From: Octopus sinensis
Lineage: Eukaryota
DNA length: 64,000 bases
Assembly (NCBI RefSeq): GCF_006345805.1
Contig: NC_043004.1
Location: forward strand, 5,022,001-5,086,000
Reading direction: 5' to 3'
Shown here: positions 23,253 through 36,331 of the stretch, one piece after another
How the letters are laid out: the number at the start of each line of letters is the position of its first letter
Numbering within the stretch: the first letter of the stretch is position 1
Notes under the pieces: generated by a model
Told to the model about the DNA's origin: nothing
Database searches by the model: none
The model's input: the letters and a program-made list of their open reading frames with translations, nothing else
Translations under genes and position numbers: made by a program

Positions 23253-23866
23253 TTTAATGGGTAAATATATATGTACTTTAGTTGAAAAAAGTTTAAGGAC
23301 TTTGGTGAAAACAAAGGGTAGCTATTTTGAATTATCTTTTATCTTTTCTCTTTTACTTGTTTTGGTCATTAGATTGTGGCCATGCTGGAGTACCACCTTG
23401 AAGAATTTCTTTAGTCAAATGAATTGACACCAGTATTAATTTATTTTTAAAGCCTGGTACTTATTCTATCAGTCTTTTTGCCAAACCGCTAAGCTACAGG
23501 GATGTATACACACCAACACCAGTTGTGAAGTTATGGTGGGGACAAACACAGACACATACACACACTACTTTTTCTACCTAGAATGTATGGAAAGAAAGAA
23601 TGTGATAGGAAGAGTAATAGACAAAACTAGAACATAACCATATATCAATCATGCCAGATGAAACAGGGGTAGATTTTTTTGTGACTGGATGTGATTAATA
23701 TATCAGTTGTGTTATACAGGAAAGAAAGAAACAACAGTAGTAACATGTAAAGCGAAAACAAAAATGATTCCTTTTGCCAGCAACATGAAGCCATTATATG
23801 ATCAAGGAATTACATGTTTTAAGCTACAGAAGTAAAATAATAAATCAATCCAAATTGAAATCTTAC

Positions 23867-25289
23867 CTTCATGAAATCCATTCCACATTCAGGGCAAATA
23901 TGAGGTCGTGTACCAGAATGAGTAATCATATGATCCTTTAATTGACTTGGATATCGGAATATTTTTGTGCATATTTTACAAGTTAAGTCGTCCCGGTGCT
24001 CATGCTTCACCTGATGTTGTCGGAGAAGTCGCTGACTAGAAAAGTCCTCTCCACAGTCGTGACATTTGTCCCGACCAAGATCATGTTTCTCTTTGTGCAC
24101 TCGTAGCTCACTTGGGTAAGCAAAGCCACGATTACATTTATCACACAAGTGAGGTTTACTGTCCAAGTGCACAGCTTGATGCCGTTTCAGATGAGAAATC
24201 TGTGTGAAACCTTTCTTACATATTTGACATACATGAGGTTTAATGTTCTCATGGGTCAGCATATGTGTATTTAGATGGCTCAACTGCTTGAAATACTTAT
24301 GACAGATCATACATAAGTGGGGTTTAATACCCTGATGGTCAAGAATATGGGTCACCAAGTTATGTTTTGTAGTGTAGGATTTTGGACAATGACAGCACTG
24401 CCATCGCTTTTGCTCACCATGGAGAACACACTGAGAATCATCGATGCGGATCTCTACTTCTGTCCGATCTAATTCTTCTTTGATGTCCTTAGTTTCAATG
24501 TTTTCCACTGATAGTGGAGCAGGAGTGGCTGGAGGTGCTGGGGAGCCAAGATTGCTAAGGTTGGGTAGAACAGACGGAGGTTTAAGCGTGTACAAATTGG
24601 ACTCTTGGTTATCCTCAAGGGATAAGTCCCCACCATCATCTCTTTTGTCCTCACCACTATCTACATCGCTGCCTTCAGACTCAGCAATATCACTGCAGTC
24701 AGAATGTTTCCGCTTCACTGAAGCAGACGTTGTCTCTCCTGACCATTGAGACACGGATGGCAGACCTCCAGACGCAAGGTTGCTATTTGTTGTATTAGTT
24801 TTAGCTTGGGCTGCCAGTGGCACCTTGCGATTATTCCGGATTGAAACAGTCACAAAGGTGGCGCTGTCAACAACTGTGGTTGTGACGACTGCTTTTGCCG
24901 CAGACTCCATGAAATTCATTGCCTGTTTCTGACGAGGGCTTTTACGGGCATTAGCTGATGCTTCAAGGGGGAGTGTTGGGGTAATTTGGGGACAAGGGGA
25001 GAGAAGGGGTTGCTGCACAGTAACAACTGTACTAGCAACTTGAGGCTGTGGTTGACCAGGAGATGGTTGAATCTGTTGATGAATCTGCTGTGGTACTATA
25101 TGAGATTGTGGCTGCGGCTGCTGTTGCTGCTGTTGCTGTTGTTGTTGCTGCTGTTGCAGTTGCTGAGATGCTTGCTGCACTTGCTGCGTAAACTGTGCTA
25201 AATTATCTTGTTGCTGTTGTATTTGTGTTTGTGCATCTGCAAATATTAACATGTTTAATTGCAACTGAGGCTGGGGCTGGGCTACCACC

Positions 25290-25325
<36 letters not shown>

Positions 25326-25533
25326 GGCTGCTGCTGTTGCTGCTGTTGGCCAGAGGCTTGCAGTTGTTGAAAATCAGTCTGTTGGGGCTGTAATTGTCGG
25401 AATTGTGCCCCTTGAAATTGTTCTGGTGTAAATGACTGAAACTGCTGAAGTGTTTGTTGTGTTGGTTGTTGTATCGAAACCTGCTGAGGTTGTTGCACAG
25501 TTTGAATTTGTTGTACAGATTGCTGCAGAGTTA

Positions 25534-25569
<36 letters not shown>

Positions 25570-25586
25570 GCTGTTGCTGTTGCTGC

Positions 25587-25623
<37 letters not shown>

Positions 25624-27434
25624 GCTGTTGTTGTTGTTGTTGCTGTTGTTGTTGTTGTTGTTGTTGCTGAAGTAAAAGCTGAAAATCTGCAGGCTGGCTC
25701 TGAGTATCATCCACTCTCTTGTCTGCTGGCTCTTGCTTCACCTTCTCACTGTCACATGACACAAACTCAAGATGTTCCTTACTCAAAAGATCAAAAGAAA
25801 TAGGCATTGCATGAGATTTCATCAAAATACCATCAACAGTTGGCTGCCGGTCAAACGTTAGCGGAAGATCAGCAATTGCAGATTCCATTTCCGGAGGGGC
25901 GTCGTGATATGGAAAGTTATCCATACAAGTCGCTTTTCCTTCCAATGCACCCATTACAAAAAACTGAACTCCTTTAGACTTCTCATTACTGTTAGTTTGG
26001 TTAGCCATCACAGGTGCTTGGCCAGTGGCATCCACATAAAGTGGAGCAGCATCTGGCTTTGCTACCATGGTCAGCTGAGATGGAGCAACAATGACAATTT
26101 CTTTTTTGGCTGCACTATTTTTAACTGAGTTTCTTGTGCAAGGTTTTGAAACCTGGTCAGATATAGCAATCTTCTGAGTTTGTTTGCATGTCTTTTCTAT
26201 CATTTTATTGAGGTTACCAGCAGATATTTGATGAACAGCATTTGAAGACAGCGTAGACTGCTGTTGTAAAGACGGCTGAGAGAATTTACATTTTAACTTA
26301 GAAATACTTTGCTCACAGATTTCACCTAGCTTATCAGCTTTCAAGACTTTGTTCTTGTTAGAATTATCTGGATGTTCCATAGTTATCTTACCATGAGATA
26401 TTTTAGATACCTTTGTAAGACAGTCTTCATTGGTAACATTTGAGCTCATCTGACCACCCATGCAAACAGACAAAGAGACAACAGAAGAAGAGGATCTAGA
26501 TTTAGTGTTATTTGGATAAGGGGATGAAATTGATATCGGAGACTGAGCAGGGCTTGTTGATAAAGAAGGTGAACATGACAGCTGAGAGACCGACCCATCT
26601 GTGACAGTCCCCTGTGAAGTGATCACCTTTGATGTTCCAGCAGGAAGATGCTGAATCACAGTTTGATGGTGTAGCTGCTGCTGTTGCTGCTGCTGCTGCT
26701 GTGTATTACGGCCAGCATAGTAGTTTGTAAAATTAGGTGAAACAGACTGGAAGCTGTCAACTTGTGATGGTGTGCTGGAAACAGGAATGTTGGTAGTTGT
26801 CAGCATGGTGGCATTGGTGTTATTGGTCTGGACAGGTAATGATGTAGAGGATGTTGATGTTAGCTGTTCAATTGAAGATTGAGCAACATTGGGGAACTGG
26901 CACTGTAAACCTATCATAGGGTTTGTGGAAGCTGCTGAGGCAACAATTGTGCTAAAGCTTGGTAAACGCTCAATCTTCTCAATGAAGGATCCTGGGGCAC
27001 AGGTATTTAGAGATGTTGAAGGAAGAAAGTGGATTGGATCACTCAGACTGGTGATATTTGGTAGCCCTGTTGTTATATATGACTGTTTCCCAGATGTAAC
27101 AATTTGGTTAACATCTGAAGTTGTAAAATTGGCAGCAGAACCTACATTGATACCATTAGCATAAGTTCCTGGTAAACGAGACAGCTCAAACCCATTACTG
27201 GCACGACTATTAGTTCTTGTAGCAGAAGACTGGCCTTGAGAATTAAAAATCTGTTCAGTGGGTACTGTTGCCTGACGCATTGTTGTGTATGTCTGCGTCG
27301 ACTGCAGCATATTGGGTTGAGGGTTGCTCGGCATACTAGCAGAGGGCTGGATTGCTATTGTTAATGTATTAATGGGGCAAAAAATTTGCTGGGAACTTGT
27401 ATTCTCCATTCCTCCAACCAAAGTGCCAAGACAT
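23867..27434 (-). CDS. ZNF710/ZNF366-like: Large coding exon of a ZNF366/ZNF710-like C2H2 zinc-finger transcription factor (N-terminal low-complexity/polyQ region, fingers 1-6 and first half of finger 7)
   Basis: Acceptor tttcAG at 27436-27435 and donor AAG|GTAAGA at 23866. First in-frame ATG in the exon is at 27409 (MENTSS). Fingers KRWQCCHCPKSYTTKHNLVTHILDH, FKQLSHLNTHMLTH, FTQISHLKRH, RGFAYPSELR, FRYPSQL and CPECGMDF, plus the pre-finger IDDS motif, closely match my recollection of vertebrate ZNF366/ZNF710. True start codon uncertain. Confidence 0.93.
25535..25669 (-). repeat. Coding polyglutamine tract, 45 uninterrupted Gln (CAA with interspersed CAG)
   Basis: 135 nt of ttg/ctg triplets in the reading frame. 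Shorter Q runs at ~25130, ~25290 and ~26680. Confidence 0.9.
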
Positions 27435-28359
27435 CTGAAAAAAAGAAAAAGAAAACAATAATAATTAAAAAATATCATTATAAGAGTGAAAACTGGAGAA
27501 GTACAGTATTTCAATATTAATTAATATACAGATCTTTATGGTTCCAAATAGTGAATAATTTACCATATTTGAAGGTATATAAGAAGAACTTTTTTCCCCA
27601 AAAGATGTCTCAAGACAACCATCCTGGGTCCTATATACAGAGTTGGACCTCCCCTAAGCTAATTTTGTCCCTGGCACTAACTCCCAGAGGCTAACTTTAA
27701 TCCAGACAGTTTCGTCTACCTTATCTGACTCCATAATAATAACATTTACTAAAACAATTATTATTACTTGTACTGTAATGATTTGTAATGCACTGCTAGA
27801 TTGCTTTAAATATTACATGCTTTAATGCACAAAAAAACTTCATTTCCTCAATATGTGCTGCTGAAACTAGGGTGCATCTAATACATCCATGCACCTTTTA
27901 TGCCATCAAATGTGGTATTACATGGGTATGTGCATGGGCTATGTATAAGTGCAGCTGTGTTGCTAATATATATGCGTAAATATGTGTGTGTTTGTCACTC
28001 GCACTTTCACAAAACACTAACTATTCACTTGGCCACACTAACACTTACTTTCCAAGAACATGTCATAAATTATTATGCTCCACACAATAATCCTTCTCCA
28101 AGATACTGATTTGGGACCAACATCAGTTTTAAAGGGTTTAAAGGATGTGAAATACTTTACCTGAAAATAATATTACAGAATCTATTCAAAGCAATATTCT
28201 AGAATCTACCCAACATCACATACAAGGCATATAAAACATTACACATATTACATGTATAAGTGTGTGCTTGTGTCTGTATGCATGCATGCAGGCATGCTCA
28301 GACACACACACACATAATGTACGTGCATACACACACACACACATACATACAATAATATA

Positions 28360-28712
28360 TGTAACCCATACTGCATGGCACCTTGGACAAGTGTCTTCTA
28401 CTATAGCCTTGGGCCAACCAAAGCCTTGTGAGTGGATTTGGCAGATGGAAACTGAAAGAAGCCCGTCGTATATAAATGTGGGTGTGTGTGTGTGTGTGCA
28501 TGTGCGCTTGTGTGTCTGTGTCTGTCCCCCACCCTACCATCACTTGACAATTGATGCTGGTGCATTTATGTCCCCATATCTTAGCAGTTCAGCAAAAGAG
28601 ACTGATAGAATAAATACTAGGCTTACAAAGGATAAGTCCTGGGGTCGATTTGCTCGACTAAAGGTGGTGCTCCAGCATGGCCACAGTCAAATGACTGAAA
28701 CAAGTAAAAGAA
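28360..28712 (+). mobile_element. tRNA-headed SINE family 2 (head truncated)
   Basis: Homology to 19210-19590. Confidence 0.8.
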
Positions 28713-29118
28713 TGTATATATGTATGTCTATACACTAATTTTGTTTTGCAGCATTTCAAAGAGCAGCCTCCAACTTCTAATGTATACATTAAAGTGGGGG
28801 AGGGAGTGCTGATACATTGTGCTGAACAAAGGAAGGTGAAGTGTTCAATACGTGTTGTAAACAATATGATTTTCTGTTTTTATTGCAACTGAAACTGAAG
28901 CAGTGAAACAAAATCCTCAGTTTCATCAGCATGACCACAGCCTTAAGGTTGAAACATATAAAAGAATATATACACATATATTTATACAGAAGAGACATGT
29001 AGAAGGGAAAGGAAGAAATATGTGGTTTATAAGGTATTTAGCTCTTCATTACTTAAAGTTTTGTGAGCAGAGAACACATCAATATACTCAGACCTATGGA
29101 GTCAAAGTAGAAGGAATT

Positions 29119-29347
29119 TTAACCATTTTGTTACTGTATTTATTTTGAGATGCTCTGTGTTTCTTTCAATTACTTTAAATATAACAAAGAATTTAGTAAA
29201 ATAACTTAGTTATCATTATGCTAGTGTTAGGAACATAAATTGTAACTAAGGTTTGGGGGAAGATTTTAATTCAGAACTTATGGAAACAAGACATTTGTAC
29301 TACAGAGCCATAAATGGTTTCAACTGGGTTGGTAACGAAAGGGTTAA
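29119..29347. mobile_element. piggyBac-like MITE
   Basis: TTAA-flanked termini ttaaccattttgttac.../...gtaacgaaagggttaa. Confidence 0.65.
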
Positions 29348-29399
29348 AGGAATTTTAAAACAAGTTCTCATTGAGAATATTTAGGCCTCCCTTGATCAG

Positions 29400-30330
29400 T
29401 TCAGGTCTTGCAGATACTTCAGCTAGCTTGTGACAGCAATTCTTTCACTATCTGCTCCATGTGGTCGGCCTCAATTAGTCAGCATTCTGGGGGAATGATA
29501 TTTGAGTGGATGCATTTACTAGGTGGAGAGATGACAGATTTAGAGGTGTTGGGTTACATATTAGTTTGTCTGTCAAGTATAACCATGTGGTACATAAATA
29601 GGCTTTTGATAGTAGGCCACAGTGATAACATAATGAATGGGAGATAATTGCATGGTAGGTAACAGGGATAATATATCTTGCAATGGTGTGTGTGTCATCT
29701 AGAGCTAGGATGGTATTTCTGGACTATCGGCAGAGACAGTACAAAATTCACTGACAGGGTACATATTCCAGTGACAACAATAGGATAGATCAGTTTTCCT
29801 ATTGATGGATACTGCAGGGTGTTTGAGTATATGTAATTTCTCACAGCATCTGTGTTGGCAATTATAATCTCTGAGTAAGGAGGGACTCTGTCAAGGTTGT
29901 TCCACATAAAATTGAGGAAGTTGGTTTTCTTTTCACTCTTCAGTTTCCAGATGAAGCAATATAGGAAGGTGAAGTTTCCCCAGTCCTTACATCTGAAAAC
30001 ATGCATACATAGTGTAAACCTTGCCTTGAAATCAATAGCTGTTATGCCCATGTTTTGTCATGTAATTCTATTAGATGGGGTGAGAAAAGCAAGATCTTCA
30101 CTGTAGGAAGTTGATGAGATTTCTGAGGTTACAAGTTTGGTTGTAGGGTGAAGACTGTGTAGTTGCTTATTTGTCTCTGTTGTAAAGTACAATGTTGGAA
30201 GCAACACTGTCTAACATTGACTACATGAGAGTTAAAGAGTTTATGATATCTCTGGGTTCTTAGAAAAACTGTCTATTCATCACCAAGTAGCTTCCAGCTA
30301 CTGTAATTACTTAGAAATTATAAGTGTTTG
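29400..30330 (-). mobile_element. Heavily decayed Penelope-like RT remnant
   Basis: Fragments KARFTL, KTNFLNFMWNNLDRVPPYSEIIIANTDAV and TDKLICNPT resemble PLE RT motifs (DTxxFL...LPxxxILVTxDV; LYxKPT). Many stops and frameshifts. Confidence 0.35.
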
Positions 30331-31929
30331 TGATAGAAAGAATATCCAACTATAGAAAATCTTTCTCAACAAGTAAGTTTTGTCTAAACCATACCAACAT
30401 TAAAAAATGGATATAAAAACATTGTTGATCATGATGCACATTTATACTTATGTATATATCTATGTATGTACATATGTATGTAAGTGTGTATGTATGTGTC
30501 CATGTACATTTACATACATACACACAAATAGAAACACCTAAAAACCATAATTCCAATATCACATAATAAACATACAAAAATCCATAATTAGTTTAACAGA
30601 CAACCTAAATAAGCCATGCTAAACTCGCCAACCTCAATCCTGACCAAAACAAAATTCCATACATATTAACCAAAACTAGTCAACCATAACTTACACACAT
30701 GAATAAGCTCAATACAAAAGATAAAAACACAACCTCTGGCCACAAAACATGCAGACACAACCAAAGGCTTATGATACTATAACACACAAGCACCAAACAA
30801 ACAAAAATCTGTCATTAGTTTCACACACAATCTCAAGAAGCAACATCAGTCACAATTGTCCACCAAGAACTTTCCATTCCTTGGTTAAACAAAATTCCAA
30901 TCAGAATATCAAAAGCCAATGAACCATGAAATATCACTTACAATATAAGAAACAACCTCAGAAGTATGGCCTTAATTAGTTTTGTTGTATCTCGAGGTCA
31001 TTAGGCCAATAATGAAAATTACTTGATTAATCATTTGGGCAATCAATCAATGAATCAATCAGCTAGGTTTATCAAAGTTCTCTCATTAATATTTACAACC
31101 TCATCAATGACATACCTTCTCTACCTTAAGATCCACTTCAATTAGTTAATTGGCTAAATTGTTAACCAGTTGACTAATAATAATAAAAGAAGTGAAACAG
31201 AACCAGTGTATGTGTTTATTATTGGCATAATGACACTCATGAGATGCAACAAGATATATTTCAACACACAAGTTCACATCAAAAATCTTGCAATTAATTT
31301 TACAGCTAAATTCACTCAAAAGCAGATAAACCATCAAAATCCCCCAATCCAAAACAAAATTATTACCAACAAAAGCCATCCAACCATAATATTGATACTT
31401 ACAAATAGGACACAAATCTGACCAAAAAACATGAAAAAAAAAATCATGAACAAGACAGGTACAAACAACCAGAAATAGATTAACAGATGCCTTTTGTCCG
31501 TTATCTTTTACTTGTTTCAGTCATTGGTCTGTTGCCCAGCTGCAGCACTGCCTTGGAAGATTTAGTTCAGTGGTTCCCAACCTTTTTCAGGCTGCCATTT
31601 CTTTGGCACTGGAGCCACATTCCTAGCGTCCTCTCCCCCACCACCACCACCACCACCACTCAGCACCACAAATGTAGACCACTTTCTGCAGCAAATTCAA
31701 AATAGCCTAATTAACCCATTAAACTATTACAATTTTTCAGGGGCAGTGGTGGTGCTATTATTGCCCCACTTTTCTTCAATGCCACTCTTGAACTTTCCAC
31801 CGCCAATGGGGTGGGGGGTAGTACCACCCACTTTGGGAACCACTGGTTTAGTTGAACAAAGCAACCGCACAACTATTTTGATTTCTTTTAAAGTCTTATG
31901 CTTATTTATATGAATATTTTGCTGAGCTA

Positions 31930-32440
31930 CTTTGCAAGGACTTGTTGAGACAAGTGAAATCGAAATCAAATTCGATGACTAGCATCCGTGCTAGTGGAGC
32001 ACTAAAAGCACCATCCAAGCGTGATCATTGCCAGAGCAGCTAACTGGCTTCCGTGCCAGTGGCACATAAAAAGCACCATTCAAGCTTGATCATTACCAGC
32101 ATTGCCTTACTGGCATTTGTGCCGGTGGCACGTGAAAAATCATTCGAGCGAGGTCGTTGCCAGTACCGCTGGACTGGCTCCTGTGCAGGTGGCACGTAAA
32201 AAACACCATTTGAGCATGGCTGTTGCCAGTACTGCCTGACTGGCCCTCGTGCCAGTGGCATGTAAAAGCACCAACTACACTCTTGGAGTGGTTGGCATTA
32301 GGAAGGGCATCCAGCTGTAGAAACTCTGCCAGATCAGATTGGAGCCTGGTGCAGCTATCTGGTTCACTAGTCCTCAGTCAAATCATCCAATCCATGCTAG
32401 CATGGAAAGCAGACGTTAAACGATGATGATGATGATGATA
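31930..32440 (+). mobile_element. RTE 3' UTR fragment with five modules and (GAT)n tail
   Basis: Same modules and tail as 3150-3589. Confidence 0.85.
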
Positions 32441-33849
32441 AACAAATTAACACTGGTTATCTGGTGATTGGGGAGACAAACACGTATGCACACAAACACA
32501 CAAAGACACAGACATACACACATGCAATAGGCTCCTTTTTAGTTTTTATCTACAAAATTCACTCACAAGGAAATTGATCAGCCCAAGGTTATAGTAGAAA
32601 ACACTTGCCCAAGGTGCCATGCAATGGGACTGAACCCATGTAATTTACCAAATGATTGAAAAGAGCTTCTTAACCGCAGTCATGATTGAGCCTATATATT
32701 CAATAAATATACAAATAGTAAAAAAAAAATTAAAAACCCAGTATTCTTCAAAAATATACAAGAAAAATGAATAATCACACCAAAAAAAATAACTAAGTAT
32801 GAGTTACTTAAATAAACGCTGACCATCAGACACAAAAAGCAAACCAACAAACAGATACAAGCAAGACATCACACCAACCTTAACAGACAAACAGACAAAT
32901 GGATACACAAACAGACAGACAGACATACCACCAAACAAACTTTCGACAGATCCCATCTTCAGATTGTGGTTGCATGAAACTCGAGTCACAAGCTTCAATA
33001 AACTACATATATACAAGGTACGAGAGATATTTGAAGAAGTTAGTTTCTGAGTTAGTTTTTGTACCTGTTGAAGAGGAATTATGCAAAATCTCATGTGTCT
33101 TACAATGTAATAACATTACTCACAGCCCAAAATAAAATGCGTTTTTACACAAGTTTTGGTGAAGAATTTTTTTTTTCTGTGGCTATTCCTGCAGTGATAG
33201 GTCTTATCATGTCCAACTACAATCATTTCTATTCAAAGCTGCTTCATGCAATTTTAATTATTTAATTCCAGCTTCACCAGTCCTATTTGCACACCTGCAA
33301 ATATTCTGTCTGCTATTTTCATAAATATAACTCTATACTTACGAGGCTGTGTGTGTGTGTGTGTGTGTGTGTGTATGCGTGTGTGTGTATGTGTATGTTG
33401 GTGTATTTATTCATATATATATATATATATATACACATACACATGTACATATGTATACACATATACATGCATACATATATATACATAGATGTGTGTGTGT
33501 ATATACACACACATATCCTTTCAAAGTCAGACCAAATTTGGTGAAACTAATATAATTCATTTTGCTATTTACTTATTAATATATTCATGAATCATTATTA
33601 CAAAAGAATCAGAAAATACAAAATGTTTAAATGAGAAACCACAAACATGCACTTTTAACTAACAAGCCATGCTCCCACCCCAACACCACTTTTCATCCAC
33701 AATGTGTCATGTCCCTTGGCAACTAGGTTCTGTAACACCATGGTAACAGTCTCATTCTTGAACTACTTCAATGATGTACCTCCAACCACAAATCCCTCTC
33801 TCCCTCTCTCTCCCTTACAAGGTGTGCTCTTCTTTTTCTCTTAGGTTCA

Positions 33850-34750
33850 CTGGTGAAACAGTATCTGATCTCCATTGCCCTCTACTTGACAAACACACCT
33901 GGTCACTCTGTTATGCTTTTGGAGCAACCATCTCCACAGCTAATTAGGTCACCTAGATTAGAGAATCGATCAAGTATATCCTTGAAACTTTCCATTCATT
34001 TCAAAGTATTTCATATATCATGTCACTGCTTATTCAATAAAGATTCTAACCACTCACTTAACATCTCGCACAATTTGGTCTCCAATATTAGTAGATGTAT
34101 ATCAGTATTTTCTGCAGATGAAACCACCTTTAGAAGAGCATCTCAGTACTACAACAAAATAGTAATTATAATGAAGAGATACAATTCATTCTGTAAATTA
34201 ATGCTCCAAATCATCAGAGTAGAAAATGAGGAATTTTATACTCTAACTCTCTCTTCAACTTAACTGTAAAAATTAACATAGTGAATACATTCTATAAGCT
34301 CATTTTGCCATAGATACTGTAACATCTTCAACAAGGTTATTGAAATTAGCTATTCAGAGGTGTCAATGCTAAAAGTCTTACTAACAACCAGAACTCAAAT
34401 CTTGCACCTAACTTGCAACCATAATCATCCTGATAACTGTCTACTTAATGGTAACTGCTAGGTGATGTTTGTGATTTACAGCACAAAAGTGCACTTGAAA
34501 GACTAACACGGACTAACTTGTGGTAGCTTCAAAACATGAATCTACCAGCATAGATATTCTTTTGCTAACCCTGAAAGACACTTTGTAACTTCTTTATCAA
34601 TCTATAGGTAGCAACTATCCTAGAAACAGTCATAAAGGACTAACGAAACAATAACAAGTTTTTCATCAGAGACGTCGTGGATTTTACTTACCAATCTAAG
34701 TAAAATCAATACTAGAGACTTCTTTCTACTTCATTCTGGAGAAACTGTCT
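33850..34750 (+). mobile_element. Decayed Penelope-like element (RT C-terminus plus GIY-YIG endonuclease region)
   Basis: NKDSNHSLNISHNLVSNISRCISVFSADETTFRRASQYYNK, then NCLLNGNC-VMFVIYSTKV and GLTCGSFKT-IYQHRYSF...TSLSIY. These match the PLE NCPLxGxC..VIY / GLTxxxFKxRxxxH..SF..TxLSxY pattern. Confidence 0.6.
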
Positions 34751-34845
34751 ACACTTAGATCATTATGGACTTTCACCTTTAGGATCTTTCCTAGTTTCCT
34801 GCTATATATTTTCATATTTATTATGTATAAGGATCAAAGGTTCTT

Positions 34846-35085
34846 CTAAACCAAAGGCTCATAAGGCTGGTTTCCCAGATTCTGTGGTATATATATATAT
34901 CCACCTCCACCCTGGATGGGATGCCAGTTCATTACAGGATTACTCATTTTTGCCAGTTAAATGGACTGGAGCATTATGAAATGAAGTGTCTTGCTCAAGG
35001 ACACAAAACACTGCTCAGTCCAAGAATTGAAACTACGATCTTATGATCATGAATACAACACATGAATCACTAAGCCAAACATCTC
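34846..35085 (-). mobile_element. tRNA-derived SINE with internal (TA)n; uninterrupted counterpart of the copy split by the RTE
   Basis: Collinear with 9478-9525 + 11680-11855. Confidence 0.7.
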
Positions 35086-35136
35086 CACTATACAAACACA
35101 CACACACACACATATATATATAAAAGTGTGTATATA

Positions 35137-35985
35137 TAGGGTGCAATGGGTAAATTGTCACCATTTTATATTTTTTATTGCATGCATGTACATTATTTTA
35201 GATTTTGTCAACTACACAGTATAGTAGGGTCAGGTGGGTACCATCTGTGAGAAAAACAGCACCATGATGCAATTCACTCTACCAGAAATTTGGAAACAAC
35301 ATGCTATACTGCTTGGCATTCGCACCGGAAACTCCAATATGAACATTTCAGAGTGTTTAAGTATCAATCTGAGGACAGTGCAATCTGAGAGTGATAAAAA
35401 AATTAAATATCCAGTCAACATCATGGTGTTTGGAGTGATCCCTAGTAATGGTGACGTTATGCCTCCATACATCTTTCCATGCAGCCTCAGAATCAACACA
35501 GAGGCCTACATAAAGTACGTGGAGGGGTAGTGCTGCCCTGGGTCAAGAGGGCAGCTGCTGGAAGATCCTATGTCTGGTAACAGGACTCTGCACCATGCCA
35601 CACAAGCAGGGGAACCCAGTCATGGCTGTCAGACAATTTCTGCAACCACATCACCCCTAATGTCTGACCACCTAATTCCCCAGTCTACAACCCCCTTGAT
35701 TAATGTGTGTGAGGCACAGTTGAGCGAGAGACCAACAAAACTCCTTGTAACACCAAAGATGAACTGAAGGCAAGGATTATGGCAGCATTCACCAACTTAA
35801 ACAAGGAGATCATCCAGAAGAGTTGTAGGAGATTCCAGAGTTGTCTGGAGGCCATGGTTGAAGCCAATAGTGATTTTATTGAATAAATTTACTCTTTAGT
35901 ATTTCAAGATATTTTTATGTAATTTTGGTAAACATATTTCTTAAAATGAGATGTCAGTGTTAGACAACAATATATTCACCACACC

Positions 35986-35988
<3 letters not shown>
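35137..35988 (+). mobile_element. Internally deleted Tc1/mariner-superfamily DD37D (maT-like) transposon
   Basis: MVFGVIPSNGDVMPPYIF and QDSAPCHTSR...PPNSPVYNPLD with exactly 37 residues between D(35584) and D(35698). In-frame stops and degenerate TIRs. Confidence 0.75.
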
Positions 35989-36029
<41 letters not shown>

Positions 36030-36032
<3 letters not shown>

Positions 36033-36283
36033 CATATATATATATATTTACAACGTCCATTTTTCCATGATTGCATGGAGGTTGACATGATTCTGTTGAA
36101 GCAGGTTTTCTACAGCTGAATGCCCTTCCTGTTGCCAACCTTCACCTGTTTCCAAATTAGGGTAATATTTACTAATGGATGAACATGTTTTCAGGGAAGA
36201 ATGGAAACAAGGGACACCACTTCTATGATGGTAATACTCATATACAAGTATCATATATGATAGCAAGGCAAGAAAACAGCAAT

Positions 36284-36331
<48 letters not shown>

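Noticed and set aside
24444-27164. Plus-strand ORFs including poly-Val/poly-Leu
   Set aside because: Antisense shadows of the coding exon and its CAA/CAG runs.
23819-27514. ORF-track ends of the 1231-aa ORF (MKYCTS...FFR and VRFQFGLIYYFTSVA)
   Set aside because: Both ends run into intronic sequence past clear splice sites at 27435 and 23866.
32955-32995. GAAACTCGAGTC palindrome with GUC
   Set aside because: No CTGANGA core or stem II at the proper spacing; at most an unresolvable remnant.
33104-33285. Possible 5' UTR exon (acceptor tttgcAG near 33286, donor GTAAGA near 33103)
   Set aside because: Splice words alone are not discriminating in 29 kb of AT-rich DNA; transcript data are needed.
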